63,688 bases of DNA, filler included, from Parasitella parasitica NRRL 2501 (GCA_025201805.1; 5 parts of 5 records of this genome joined end to end with filler, not necessarily neighbours in it); one strand, 5' to 3'; counted from the first letter of the whole stretch, positions 50,795-63,688 are shown. Made by a program: numbers and translations. The notes: generated from the sequence alone by a model not told the origin.

Positions 50795-53700
50795 CTAATT
50801 ATATGCTTGGTCCAACAAGAAGTTGGTTGCCTTTTCCAAGTCTTGATCATAGCGATCCAATGCTTCTAATGCAGAGGCAGGGTCAAATCCCATGTTGACT
50901 AATTCTGCAATATGACTGCCTTGAATAGTATCCAAATCATATGCAAAGCTGTTATTATCATTGTTATTATTTATGTTTGTGTTTGTGTTTGTGTCTGTGT
51001 TTGTGTTTGTATTTGTGTTTGTACTATTAGATGTTGGTGTGGGTAATGAAGGTGGTGTTATTGAATGCTGCTGAATACTGCCGCCAATGCCGTCAAAACC
51101 ACTGCTGTTAGCTCGAACTTCAGCAGCGGTTGCAGACGCGCTAACAGACGACGCATTACTGATGCTATCTGTCTGATGCTTTTTGCTACTCTTCTTTCCG
51201 GCCTTTTTCTTTTTCTTATCTTGGCTATCGAGGCCTGGGAAATCAAATCCCCCAAAGCTCTTGGCCCAAGACACGATATTTTTCTTCTTCTTGTTTTTTT
51301 TACTGTCATCCGATCTTGCATTAGGCTCTTTCTTCCCCTCATTTTTGATACCGTATGTTTGTGTTCCTTCTTCATTCACCCCTCTACTAACGCTATCATC
51401 TCCTTGATTCTCACCCTTTAATAGGTCGTCTGTAGTCATGGCATTGGTATTCTCGAGTGCAAACTGTGTAGATGCTCTCATGACAGATGTAGGTCCTGTT
51501 GCAGTGATCGGGGATGCTTGCACATTAGAAAATGCAGGTGCAGACTGATCAAGCGAGCCATTTAATCCATCTTGAATAGCAGTCGAAAACGCATGTTGAT
51601 CTCGTTCTTTCTCTCCAACTTTATTTTCATCATTTGTTTGGAAAGCGTTATCGAAACAAGATTGGACAAAGGGGCTTTTGGCGGAAATTCCTTCTTTGTT
51701 GACATTGCCATTATTCTTAATTGACACGGCAGCATTTTTCATGTCGTTATTAGTAACTGAAGCAGCAGCATGAATACCTGGTGATCGTGTAACAGCAAAT
51801 ACAGAATCAAATTCAGTTTCTTGATTTGGTGCTTCTCCGTTCTCATCCTTATTCTCGTTCTCGTTATCTTGCTGCTGCTGGGTAAACCTTGGATCTGAAA
51901 AATACTCATCAAATTCATCATTGTCATCGCTTTCGAATCCATGGCCAGAAGTCGAAGCTGGTGGAGCGAAAGCCATTTGGAGATCTTGGGTGTCCTTAGT
52001 TGGTGAAGAGCGATGAGCAGGTGGTGGAGCAGGAGGCTTCTTGGAGTGTCTAACAGAAGATGCTGCTGGCGCATTATAACTAGCAGAAGATGCGCTTCGT
52101 TTTGATTGTGGCGGGGGCGGTGGGGCAACGCGATGTGAGCTACTGTTGGCGCTAGCAGTGAACGGATCCGACATGTCTGAGCCAGATAGAGAACTCACCA
52201 TAACAGGTTCGTCCTCTTCTTGATCTTGTTGTAGCTGTTCTTGTTGTTGGTCTTGGTTCACACCGAAAATGGCATCAAAAGGAGTCGTATGTTCCATAAA
52301 GGGTTGATCAGTGATCTCCGCAATTACAGGTTTATTTGTATCTGTAACAGGGGCTATTTGTTGGTTTGTCTCAGAATGGCGAGTGGCATGTAATTCATGA
52401 GTTGGTGCATTAACAACGGCAGTAACGCCATGATCAGAAATTCCTTGTTTTGGATTAGTTTCGCCGTAAATTTCAGGTACATTATTGTTTTCTTTGTTTT
52501 CCGTAGGATGGTCGATCATAACAAATTCATTTTCATCGTGTTTATCTTTTGCTACTGCAGGGACACTTTTTGGGATAGCAGGTGCTTCATCTACTGCATC
52601 AAAAAAATCATCCGTGCTTTCGGTTCCATCAGTAAAATCTGCTTCGCTAGTTTTGTTTTTTAGCCCACCAAGAGCCTCAGAAGCAGCAGCTGCTGTACCA
52701 ATACCCGCGGTACTCTTGGCAGCAATCTCTGCAGGTCTTGATCGTTCCTTTTCTTGATTCAATTCGCTCTCTTTTCTTTCCAATCGTGCACGTTCCTCAT
52801 CAGCCAAGCGATTCATTTCTTCTTTTAATTGAGCTGCCTTTACATTTTCTTCCTCTTCATCCTGTTCAAGCTTCAAGCGTGCTTTCTCTTCTGCCTTTTG
52901 ACGAGCCTGCTCTGCTTCATTAGCAGCAATAATACGAGCTGCTTCCTCCTCTTCCTTTTGCTTTTGCTTGAAATTTGCTTCCTCAATCAAGCGAGCTTCT
53001 GCGTCTAGTCTATCTTGTTTTTCCTTTTCAACAGCTTTAAGGTCTTCTTCTTGCAATCGTCTTTCTTCAGCTAATCGTGCTTCTTCAGCCACTCGCGCTT
53101 CTTCAGCTACTCGCACTTCTTCTTTTCGTCGCTCTTCTTCAGCTAATCTTGTTTCTTCAGCTAACCTTGCTTCTTCGGCTAGCCTAGCTTTCTCGGCCAA
53201 TCTTGCTTCTTCTTTCAACCGTTCTTCTTCTGCTTTACGTGTCTCTTCTTTAAGGCGCTCTTCCTGAGCTATTCTTACCTCTTTCTCAAGTCGTTCTTCT
53301 TCAGCTTTACGAGCTTCTTCCTCAAGACGCTCTTCTTCAGCTTTACGAGCTTCTTCCTTAAGACGCTCCTCTTCTGCTAATCTTTCTTCTTCTGCTAATC
53401 TTGCCTCTTCTGCTAGCCTTTCCTCTTCTGCCTTACGAGCCTCTTCTGCTAGTCTTTCTTCTTCTGCTAATCTTGCCTCTTCTGCTAGCCTTTCCTCTTC
53501 TGCCTTACGAGCCTCTTCTTCTTGTCGTTGGCGTTCCTCTTTAGCTTTTAGAGCAGCTTCCTCTTCCTCTTGTTTACGTTTGAGCTCAGCAGCAGCAGCA
53601 GCAGCGACCTTTTTTTCCTCTCTTCTAGTACGACGCATAGCAGCCAATTCTTGCTTCTTTCTATTTTCTTCATGCAAAGCATCCAATTCTTTTTCCAGCC

Positions 53701-55531
53701 GCATGGACTCCATCTGAACATTATGCATGTTACGACGTAGTTTTTCATTTTCCAACTGACCAAGTTCAAGTTCCTGCTTTGCTTGCGTCAATTGATCGTG
53801 GACTTCCTTCATTTTTGCTTCAGCAGCCTCTAAATCCAATTGAGCGGAAGACCAAGTGGGTTGCTCTTTTTCCAAATCAGCCTTAAGTGAATTCAAGGTG
53901 CTGTCTTCTACTTCTTTTCGGCTGTTAAGATTTTCCACTTGGGTTTGGAGATCCTGTTTCTTTTCACGTAAAAACCCAAGAGATTGAACTGCTTTTTTGT
54001 GCTGCGCTTCAATGTCGACAGTTGTTTTCTTTGTGGATGTAATTTCGTTTTGAAGTATGTTGACCTTAGTTGTCTCTTCAGAGATAGACTCATTTCCAAA
54101 GTCGCCTAACAAATCATCTACAGAAGATGGTTGTACTGTTATCAGTGTTCATGTCTACGTGTGTCAAAAGTAAACTTACGCTGAGCAGGCTCTGCAGTGC
54201 GCAATGGTGCAGTCATGCTTCGTGAAGGCATAGCTGTTGTACTGCCAGCAGTAGGCAGAGTTGGTGTTGGAGGCGGAATCAATGATTGAGGCAGTGCAAC
54301 AGGCAACGACTGACCTGTCAATTTTTTGTGAATGAGGTGCATTGCAATTGCAAACTCGTTTGCATTCAAGACACCAGTGCTTCCAATGTCTGCTAAATCC
54401 CAAATCTTTGCTAATTCAGACTCTGGTAATTTTGAATTCTTGAAAAAATCAACAGCATCAGCACCCTGTACAAAACCTGCATGCGTTTTATCCAATTTTG
54501 CAAAAAACATATCGTATTGAGCCTTTTCTTGAGCCGTTACATCCCATTCATGTTGCTGACCAAGTGCCGGTGTGGGAGCGAATGCCATATTACCAATACT
54601 GTCGATCTTTTTGGCTCTAGACTTTAATAAAGGCGACGATGAAATGGGTTTCGGCGAAGACACCAGCGTTGTATGCATGATATTGTTATCTGAAGATGCT
54701 GCTAGATAGACATCGGGCGGTAGGATAGATGGTAACGATGATAATGACTTTTCCATAAGTTTAGCAATGTAATGCATGGCTACCACAAATTCAGTCTCAT
54801 CCAAAAATCCACATTTGCGAATATCAGCCAAGTTCCTATTTGCATAGTGTTAAATAAAAGAAATTCGACTGGCGTTTGACTCATCGTTTAAATTTATTAC
54901 CAAATTTGACTTAGCTGCTCATTAGGTAATCTCGACTTGGCAAAAAGGCTTTTGGCGGTTTCAGCGGGAATACCGTTGGGCGTGGGATGCTGACCGCTGT
55001 AGATGGATTGATACTTTTTCTTTTCTTGAGGTGAAATTGCCAAAGTAGAGGTTGAATTCAAGCTACTGCTGCTGGATGAATTCATCACCTGGACACCTTG
55101 AATTGTCGGCAATGGTGTAACTAGATGGTGGAAACATCAGTAAGAAGATTCACCTGTGTATGGGAGCATCTCCTAATTTTTTTTTTTTTTTTGCTTACCA
55201 GTAGACAATAAAGGTTCTTTTGCTTTAATTTTATGTTGAGCACAAGCAATGAGTTTAAGGGCAATAGCAAATGTGTCTGGAGTCAGATATCCAAGATTCT
55301 TTTCGTCGGTAGTTTCCCAAATCTTGATGAATTGAATTAGCTACTTACCGCAGGAGTGGACAACAATGTCATACTTACTTGAGACAAAACATCGTTCGGT
55401 AGGCCAGACTTTGCAAAAAACTGAACTGCTTCCATGCCAGACACTTCATTGGGTTTGCTCTTCGCAGCAACACTGAATAATTGCTTGTAGGCAGCGACTT
55501 CTCTTGGAGTCAGTTGAGACTCCCAAGACAT
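50795..55531 (-). CDS. EDE1: Ede1/Eps15-like endocytic adaptor: three EH domains, coiled coil, C-terminal UBA
   Basis: EH motifs FFAKSGLPNDVLSQIW, SRLPNEQLSQIW, NSKLPESELAKIWDLAD...EFAIAMHL; UBA ELVNMGFDPASALEALDRYDQDLEKATNFLL. Confidence 0.88.
53030..53520 (-). repeat. Coding tandem repeats (AEEERL/AEEARK-type 18-bp units), ER/K single-alpha-helix-like
   Basis: Repeated nucleotide units and E/R/K/A peptide. Confidence 0.85.
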
Positions 55532-55881
55532 GTTGATGTTATTTTTTTAATGGTTAATACAGGAAGAAAAAGAGCTGGGAACAGCAAACTGAAAGTAGAG
55601 ACAAATACACAAAAGCATCTCCGCCCCCATTTGTTATTGTACAGTACATGAAAAAGTATCGTCATTCGCTCCCAAAACATACAGAGAACCCTTGTGATAC
55701 ATGTAATGCGGAAAGTCCATCATCGTCCATTCAGTAGGTTTCGGTTTTACAGAGGCTGAAAAGGCAATACTAGCCAATTGTCTTTATTTACAAAATATCC
55801 ATTTGAGTTGAACAAGGCTAATCAAAATATCCGCATTTATCCTTTGCAGTCGTGTCTTTCCCCTTTTTATCTTTGTTGATT

Positions 55882-56823
55882 ATGTTTCCAGAGAGAAGTA
55901 AAGCTGCTTTGGGGGTGCTTATTTCTATATTGATCTCAAGTCTTGTTATACCGCCTATAATTCAAGCATGGAACTGGGGAGAAGGTAGGCTCAGATGCAT
56001 CTTGCGTTATATACACTAACGTGTCATTCTTAAACAGATGAATTTCGTTTGTTTGAACTTGCCACCGAAATGAATAAAAATCAAACAGATTTTTACCAAT
56101 GGTTGGGTATACAAGTATTGTCTACTTCAATAGTATAGTTTCATGTATTCGAGACCAATTAATTTGCTTTCTATCAGCCAACAGCAGACACGATGGAAAT
56201 TGGACAAGCACATCGACGACTTGTGTTGAATCTCCAGCAAGTAATCCACTCAACCAAATGATATTTTGGCTTGCTAACTTTTTATAGCTAATAGTCCAGA
56301 GACATCAACTGATGTGGATGCCAATGAAAAGTTTGCAATTACAAATCAAATAGCCTACGTACTCAAATCGCCTACTCTGCGACCATTGTATGATTCGATT
56401 CTCGAGAATAGCGTCAGGATTCCTATGTGGAAAGGATTCGCACATGCATATGAACGGTATAGAATGGGTTTTATGGTTGTTATTGGAATTGGCGCTATGT
56501 GCATATTAGAATACATCAAAGCATGGGATACTTATATGACTGAAAAGCTAGCATTTGATCAATTTGTATCTAATGCAAAGCTTATGGCACAAAAGATATC
56601 AGACAAACACGCAGCTGCAAAAACACACAGAAGCTTTATGGATTTAGGCAATCGAACCATTCGATGTGAAATAACACCAACTAAAGATATATTCATCTTC
56701 AATGAAAAGAATGAAAAAGTGCCTTTATTGTCTACCAACCTATTAGAAAAGCCAAGTATCTTGAATTCTGTTATTTTGTGTATTCCGTTACAGTTTGCAA
56801 AGAAGCATTTGTGTCGTAAATAA
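55882..56823 (+). CDS. Erj5-like ER membrane J-domain protein with HPE in place of HPD, 4 exons
   Basis: Signal peptide, AWNWGE/DEFRLFEL, DFYQWLGI, EIGQAHRRLVLNLH/PE, EKFAIT...VLKSPTLRPLYD, P.WKG, TM helix. Not captured as one ORF in the track. Confidence 0.8.
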
Positions 56824-56934
56824 AAGGTACACAAGCAAAAAAAAACCTGGTGTTACCATATAATTTCGATGTGTTCTGTTTATTTTTATCTCTTTTCTTT
56901 TCTCTCTCTTTTTTCTGTTTATTCTATAATAGAA

Positions 56935-57750
56935 ATGTCTGATTTTGGCGATTTTAGCTCTTCTACAAACGACCCCACTGCCGATTTCCTTGCCCGTGAA
57001 AGAGCTGTGTTGGGTGGAGATGCTGATATTTTCACAACGCTCGACGATAACACACCTTCTACTGTCTTTACAGCCACACCTGATCTCTTGGATCGTTCCA
57101 GTGCTCAAAGTCAATACGGTATCATGTCGCCTAGCACACCTGCCAACGATTATCCAGCATTTGAATCTAGCTATCCCGAAGCCGAGAATTTAGAGACTTC
57201 TAAGGTAACAGAGAAATACAGCTATTGCTGACTGAAATTAATAATAAATAGGCTTTCCACAACGCTATGTTGCCTGACGAAGAACCTGATGTTGTTAGGT
57301 AAGTGTATCACAGTTTAGCTCCACTTGATCCTAAAGTTCGAAACCAAACAGACAATGGCGCGAGAAACAAAAGCAACTGATTTCTAAAAGAGATGAAGAG
57401 GAAAGCCACAAAAAACAAGAAGTCTTTAATAAGGCTCGAGAAGACATTGATAAATTCTATGAGAACTATAATGATAAAAAGCAAAAGGCTATTGAGGAAA
57501 ATAGGTTTGTTTTAGTATCCTCATTGATGAACACAATATCTAGAATCATTGATTTAGGGAACGTGAAAACAAACTCTTAAAGAGCCGTGAAGAGTCGTCA
57601 GCGTCTACTAATATCTGGACCAGTGTCTCTCGAGAAATCGACATCTCCAATGCTAAAGCGGCATATCCTACCAGAGATGTTTCTAGAATGAAGAGCATTA
57701 TTTTGGATCTTAGAAAAGATCAAAACGCACCGGGAACGATCATTTCTTGA
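56935..57750 (+). CDS. CLC1: Clathrin light chain, 4 exons
   Basis: DPTADFLARERAVLG, EEPDVVR/QWREKQ, IDKFYENYN, NIW, DVSRMKSIILDLRKDQNAPG. Confidence 0.92.
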
Positions 57751-57874
57751 ACAAGGGATAATTGAAATAAACTCAATTTTCTTTATACTTTGCGTTTTTC
57801 TTTTCCCCCCTTTTTTCTTGTCTATTTTCGTGTTTATTTCTTTCTTTTTCCCTTACTGACTACACTGCTTGAAT

Positions 57875-59215
57875 ATGAATCATGCTAGTCAAGCATTGTT
57901 TCCAGTAGACGTGGATATTGACTACTTTCAGCATTTACAACGCTATTCTGCACTTTACAGAATTCTGCTGGCAACTCCGTATTCGACAAAGTTAACATTT
58001 AAGCAATGGTATAGAATTAATTTAAAGCTGGTGAACGAGTTAGATTTATCCATGACTGGACAGCAAAAAGGCAATTGCTGGCTAGAAGTAGGATGCCAAT
58101 TGCTAATGGAGAAAAACAAATCGATTATTCCGTGCAAAGATTCTTCGATCCAATGCCGCCCTTTACAGCATGATGCATGGGACTCTACCACGGCTTCAGA
58201 TATTGCTGGATTCCAAAATGACACTGTAGGCGATTTAGAATTCATGGTATCGTTACGAGACGAAGGCTATGTCAGCTCATCAACTACAAATGCGAAGTAC
58301 TATATTCAGATATACCCTAAACCACAAAAGTATCCGTCAATCATGGCATTTCCTCTCATGATTGGCCCAGTAACAATGGAAGAGCCATCAATTCATGCTT
58401 CAAACAACAATTCGTGGAAGGAGCCCAGCACTTCGAATGCCATATTTCACGGATATCAACTGCAAGATAGCTCTTTTTTGGTAATTCGAGAGGATTGGGA
58501 TTTGGGCACACCTGGCAAAATGTGGGATTCCGCACTTGTATTATCACAGTTAATGACGGACAAGATTAACCTTGATCCAGACTACTTCCGAGGAGGTCGC
58601 TTCATAGATTTGAGTGCAGGGTAATTTCTATCACCACGTATACGCAAACAAAACTCTTAACATCAAAGGATACATAGAACTGGTTGTCTCGGTTTGTTGA
58701 TTGCAGCTTTATACAAAAACATATATCGAGATCATAAGCATAACATGCCGCTAATCACATTGACTGATCTACCAGAGGCACTCGATCTGATAAACCAAAA
58801 TCGCTCGTATAACCACCTGGAGGGCTACACCAGTGTCAAACCACTTGAATGGGGAAATTACCATGATGCACAGAGTCTTTTAGTAGAAGGGCCGATTCAA
58901 ACGGTGATTGCATCGGATGTTTTGTATAGGCCATCAACCTTTTCCAGTTTGGTAAGTACGCTGGTTTGGCTTAGTGACGAAAACAAGGGTCAGATCGAGA
59001 TATATGTGGGCTATAAACGACGAGGTTTGGCATTGCATGATGAGACAAAGTTCTTTGATTTGTGTGCTGAAAGCTTTGAAATTATAACATTGTCTGGTGC
59101 AGAAACATGTATAAAGAGAAAAAACAATCTCGAAGGCTGGATTTCGACTGGAGGGGATGTCAATGATGTTTACAAAGGCACCGGTGTCAACGTTTACAAA
59201 CTTGTTCGTAAATGA
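57875..59215 (+). CDS. Family-16 (METTL21/EFM-type) SAM-dependent protein methyltransferase with N-terminal extension
   Basis: GTPGKMWDSALVL, motif I IDLSAG/TGCLGL across intron 58621-58677, LTDLPEAL, LEWG, IASDVLY. Confidence 0.88.
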
Positions 59216-59632
59216 AAATTTTTACATTTCATTAGAAGATTTTAATGCCCAATTTATATTTAATAACCTCATACCTCTATTGATTATTCACATTATTCAT
59301 TTAATCTTAGTATACACACTTTTTCTATAGCATATATACCTGACCTCTGTATATAAGAATATACATATTAAACATTCGCATGGAATTTATTAAATTCAAT
59401 CCTCGTATAAATGTCTTTGTCTTGATAGGCATTATGTACTGGCAAATAAAGCTAACTATTTGGGAGATACATCGTAAAAGCGCTCAGAAGCAAATATATA
59501 CAACCATACTGATTGATATTACTTTAATGGCCAGACTTATTATGTCCAGACTTAAATCATCTGATTTTTTCATTTTTTTGGTGCCACTCTCCCGCGATTG
59601 ACGCTGAATCCATCGAAAACTAAGAAAAAACA

Positions 59633-60403
59633 GTGCCAGGATTAATTGTGGAATCGGTATAGTCGTTGTATGGATTCACGGAAAAAAATATAATAAAAAA
59701 ACAATAATGTCAACTTGATGAAGGTATAGGTTTTTATTATCAAATCGACAGGTGTATAAAGCTGCAGTTCATCTACTGGCCAGGTAGATGAACCTTTATA
59801 TACTTGAACTGTGGATAAATGTTCTATTCTCGCAATTTAACGTATACGACAATACTACGTAACTAGCATCTTAACTTTGTGCTAACCAACATATCAGCAG
59901 ACTCAAGATAACCTAAATCTATTTGAGTGAGGAGATAGACTTTACCCGAGGTAGTACCCTGATCAATCTTCTATGCGAAGATTATTAATATCGATCCATA
60001 AGCGTATATCATTCCTTGTATAGTCTTATCCAGTCTATATTAATAGTAGTACATGTCTGAGTGTATATCACTTGGTATTCATCTTAGCATATATCGGTAT
60101 ATGTAGCATGTCTATAGCATGTCATAAGCATATCTATAGCATTGTACATATTCTGCAAGTCTGTAGTACATGATGTATCTGTAGCTAGTATCATGGATAT
60201 AAGTATATGTCTTGTAGTGCGTATCTAGAAACTGGGAATACGCATCTGAAGCATAGATCTTATATAGCATAAGCTCGTAGCATACAGTATACTAAATCTA
60301 GTAAATGTCTAAGGCTCGTGTCGAGATATAAGTATCAGTCTATAGCGTCATCCATCCTAATGGTGCCGTCTCTAGCTTATATCTTATATAGTATAAATCT
60401 GTA
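59633..60403 (+). repeat. Second copy of the 41223-41955 repeat, continuing until interrupted by a MITE
   Basis: Direct sequence similarity. Confidence 0.85.
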
Positions 60404-60883
60404 CAGTAGCCGCTCGATTTAAGGCTGTTCGATATAAGGCTATTCATGATATAAGGCTACAATTTTTTTGAATTTTTTTTTTAAGCAGGGAGTTAGCCTT
60501 ATTAGCCTTATTCGATATAAGGCTGAAAATTTTCGAAATTTTAGCCTTATTTTACAGTAAATTGACGGTATTTAAATTTGTGTTGTGTTGAAAACTGAGC
60601 ATTATGCTACAGATTTCGTACTTTTGCTCGATAGTGAGACGCTCTCTTGATTGTCGATTAATGCTCATAATATAATTGTTTGTCAAAATATGCTTTTTTA
60701 AGAATAAAGAAGTAAATGGATTTGACTGGACATGTGTCAAATTAATCTAATAGCTGTAGTACCGTATCAACTATGCGTGTGACTGTTTTAAGAGTAATAG
60801 TCACATGCACGATATAAGGCTATGTTCGATATAAGGCTAAAAAAAGCTTGCAAAAAAAGTAGCCTTAAATCGAGCGACTACTG
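60404..60883 (-). mobile_element. 480-bp pogo/Tigger-derived MITE (internally deleted) with TA TSD
   Basis: 23-bp TIRs CAGTAG(C/T)CGCTCGATTTAAGGCT, TA on both sides, internal GATATAAGGCT repeats, residual CENP-B/psq HTH start MSINRQSRERLTIEQKYEIC. Confidence 0.9.
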
Positions 60884-61099
60884 TATTGCACATCTTATTA
60901 TCTGTGCGCAGATGTAGTTTATATCAATTTAAGGTAACTGTGTTATGTCAAAAGTCTGATAAAATAAATCTGCCAAAGAATTACACCTTTATTCATAATA
61001 CATCTCTCGATGTATTATATACACATTCATTACACTAGGGTTCTACTGTCTAGCTGCATAATGTAAATCATGACTACCCATGATTTACTGTAAGACCCT

Positions 61100-61886
61100 G
61101 GGACTGATCTGAGATCCTGATGTGAGACTTTGCCATGTTATTGATATAACAAACTGGATGAATCTAGAAGTGGAATGCAGATCATCATAGTGAATGTATT
61201 TCACACACTGGTCTATACAGCTATGATTCATTGCGCATCAGAGATGATATTAAGGATCAGTCCGAAGATTCCGAGGATATATTTGCAAAGTCTAGTGTAT
61301 TCGTATATGAAAAAAAAGAGATGGTGCTGAGACATTGTTGACATTACCGGAATTTTTTTGCTCATACATCCGTAAGTCTCAAGTCGACAATACAGATGAT
61401 GAGGCAACTTTGCAACGACGGGAATTCATGAATAGGCAATATTACAGTCAACACTTGCCCAAAAATGTCCCAAGTGGAAAAACCAATTTTGTATTGCGTG
61501 CTCGTGGCAAGAGATACTAAAGACTAAAAGGGTTTAAGGTATGTGCAAATCGTTACATATTTTTGATAATTAATAACTTGCTTTTCTAGGTCTTTAAATT
61601 GGCATCTACAGGCGTAACTGCTCACAATATTACCGGACAAACTCTTCATCGGTTTTTTGGAATGGTAAATCGATACGAGATTCCAAACTTTCAAAACTTA
61701 GATAAATACATCAGGCTATATCCCAAAATAATACTTCTTATTAACGAATATTCAATGATTGGTGCTTCACTATTGAACTCGATGAACGATTCACTTATCA
61801 AAACCACAAACAGACCCTCTATTATGGGTGGCGTCAGAACTGCAATAAAATTGGGATCAATTTTATGTGAAAATAAAAAAAAGTAA
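61100..61886 (+). pseudogene. PIF1-family helicase remnant (Helitron/Helentron-derived)
   Basis: SGKT..., LASTGVTAHNITGQTLHRFFG, ILLINEYSMIG (decayed DE box), MGGV; truncated. Confidence 0.7.
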
Positions 61887-62062
61887 AAAAATAAAGCCAG
61901 AGAAATACAATTATAGTCTTTCCACCTTTATTTTCGATTAAAAGAAAACTGAAGAAAACATANNNNNNNNNNNNNNNNNNNNNNNNNNNNNNNNNNNNNN
62001 NNNNNNTTAATTAATTAANNNNNNNNNNNNNNNNNNNNNNNNNNNNNNNNNNNNNNNNNNNN

Positions 62063-63688
62063 ATTGTTGCAATGGGGCAATCAAATGAAGCATCCTTCTA
62101 TGATGTTGAGTTTGTTTGCTCCGTCGCCCGTCGTATTGAATTGTCTGTTGACAATCGTCGTAATGGTGGTAGTTCTAAAAAGAAACGTGGTATTTCTCAA
62201 ACTACAATCGTTGAGGCCTCAGCTGAGCTAAAGAAATCCAAGTATGCTCCGGTTGAGGTTGTCAAGCAAAGTGGTGCTGGTGTTGGAGGCCGTTCTGCTG
62301 AGAAAACTGGTCGTTTTGGCAAGACCTTTCAGCAGCACCTGGATGAAAATACTTGTGCTCGGTGCAATCAGGACCGCCCTAAAGGCGTCTACCATCGCTG
62401 CCACACTGCTATTCGCTCCCATGAAGGCGGTAACAAGGTGCTTCGCGTCATGACCAAGACTGGTACCAAGCCAAAACCAAAGATCAATATTGGTGAGGCT
62501 ATTAAAACTGCTTTGCTGGTTGCTGAGGCTGATAAAGCGGTGGAAAAAGCTAAATCAGTTTCACCTGAAACTGGTGGCGAAGATATTGTGATGTCGGATG
62601 AAACGGATCTGAATCTCCGAGCTGAAGCCACCCTAATTGATGATATGTCTAACGTATCTGTCGCTGACAAGGCTGATCTTTTGCAGAATATGGCTGCTCA
62701 AGAATGTAAGTTTGATGCTGTATTTAGTGCTCCTCCTACTCTTCGATCAAATTCTATTTGTGTTCCTCTAGTGGTTCAAAATATAGTTTGTTTCGGCCTA
62801 GTAGATACGGGTGCTACATTTAGTTGCGTTACTGAAGAGTTCTTTACATTTTTAGGAGGAGCTTCTCTCAATACCTTTGCGCCTAACACTGAAGAAGACA
62901 GCTTTGTGCAATTAGCGCATCAAATAACTACTGTGCCTCGTATAGGCACGGTATCGTTGAACTTAGAATATAATAAATTTAATAAGCATCATCTATTTGA
63001 AGTATTTTCATTTTATTCTGAGGAAAATGTACATGTGCTGCTTGGAATGGATATATTATCCAAACTAGGCATTGGTATTACTGGTTTAGTAAGTCAACAT
63101 GGATTCCAAGCTGGTTCTAAATTACCAGATCCCATTGATGACTCTATTAAACCAAATGAACACCCTTTTGGTACTGAGGAAGAACGAAAACCTTTTGTGC
63201 TAAAATTGAATGAGCTACTAAAATGGAATTCACAAATTGATATGAAAAACACACAATGCAATTTGCCTGATTCCGTTATTAGACTGGATACCACGCCGGG
63301 CGCTATTGCTTATCGTGCACAATATCCTCTACCTGAAGCTTATCGAGATGTGGTTGCCAAACAAATTCAAGTTTGGCTCGATGAAGGTGTAATTACTCGT
63401 TCTACTAGTCATACTAGATTTAGTCATCCTCTATTGGTGGTTAAGAAAAAAGACGCAGATGGAAATTACAGTATGTCCAAACCTAGAGTTGTTTGTGATG
63501 TACGTAAGCTCAATGCCATTTTGGAAGTAGACGACAAACAACAATTACCTCTGATTTCGACTATTCATCAGAATATTGGAACTAAAACCATCCATTCCTG
63601 CTTGGATATCCACGCCTGCTTCACCAGTTTTGCCCTCGAAAGGTCGCAAGCCCACAAGGTGAGCTTTACATGTCCGTTCTCAAACATT
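62063..63688 (+). mobile_element. Ty3/gypsy LTR retrotransposon gag-pol, partial; ORF open from the gap to the window end
   Basis: Knuckle-like CARC...YHRC, protease GLVDTGATFS, RT YPLP...WLDEGVI...FSHPLLVVKKKD...RVVCDVRKLN...SCLDI. Absent from the ORF track, presumably because it has no stop. Confidence 0.92.

Noticed and set aside
29757-62018. Recurring palindromic TTAATTAATTAA motif (4 copies)
   Set aside because: Always centred in N runs; an assembly linker, so adjacency across these gaps is unproven

Overview
Eukaryotic, AT-rich, intron-containing fungal DNA. Short ~50-70 nt introns, gene content and TE types point to Mucorales/Mucoromycota, but this is inference. The window is a scaffold with N-gaps, four of which carry an artificial TTAATTAATTAA linker. 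Two gene-dense blocks flank a repeat-rich block. Block 1 (2.8-25.7 kb) has an amino-acid transporter, an AAA_33 P-loop kinase, a bZIP factor, a large Trp-repeat/CCHC zinc-knuckle protein, a HAUS3/augmin-like protein, VPS1, a Q/G/M-rich prion-like protein and a short-tailed myosin II. Block 2 (44.5-59.2 kb) has a GH20 hexosaminidase, a small SMIM4-like protein, an FlbA/Sst2-type RGS, EDE1, an Erj5-like J protein, CLC1 and a family-16 methyltransferase. The repeat block (26-43.5 kb) holds a foldback-like inverted-repeat unit with two convergent zinc-finger genes, a GC-rich orphan ORF, a decayed Helitron, a Tc1-type DD34E transposon and LTR-like repeats. The right end has a pogo-derived MITE, a PIF1 remnant and an open Ty3/gypsy gag-pol. 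Two candidates stand out as possibly undescribed: (1) the 26.4-29.5 kb foldback/MuDR-like unit, whose inverted arms contain the promoter, first exon, intron and zinc fingers of two convergent paralogous genes; (2) the Trp-repeat (GW/SW) + double zinc-knuckle protein, a candidate Argonaute-hook/RNA-silencing scaffold.
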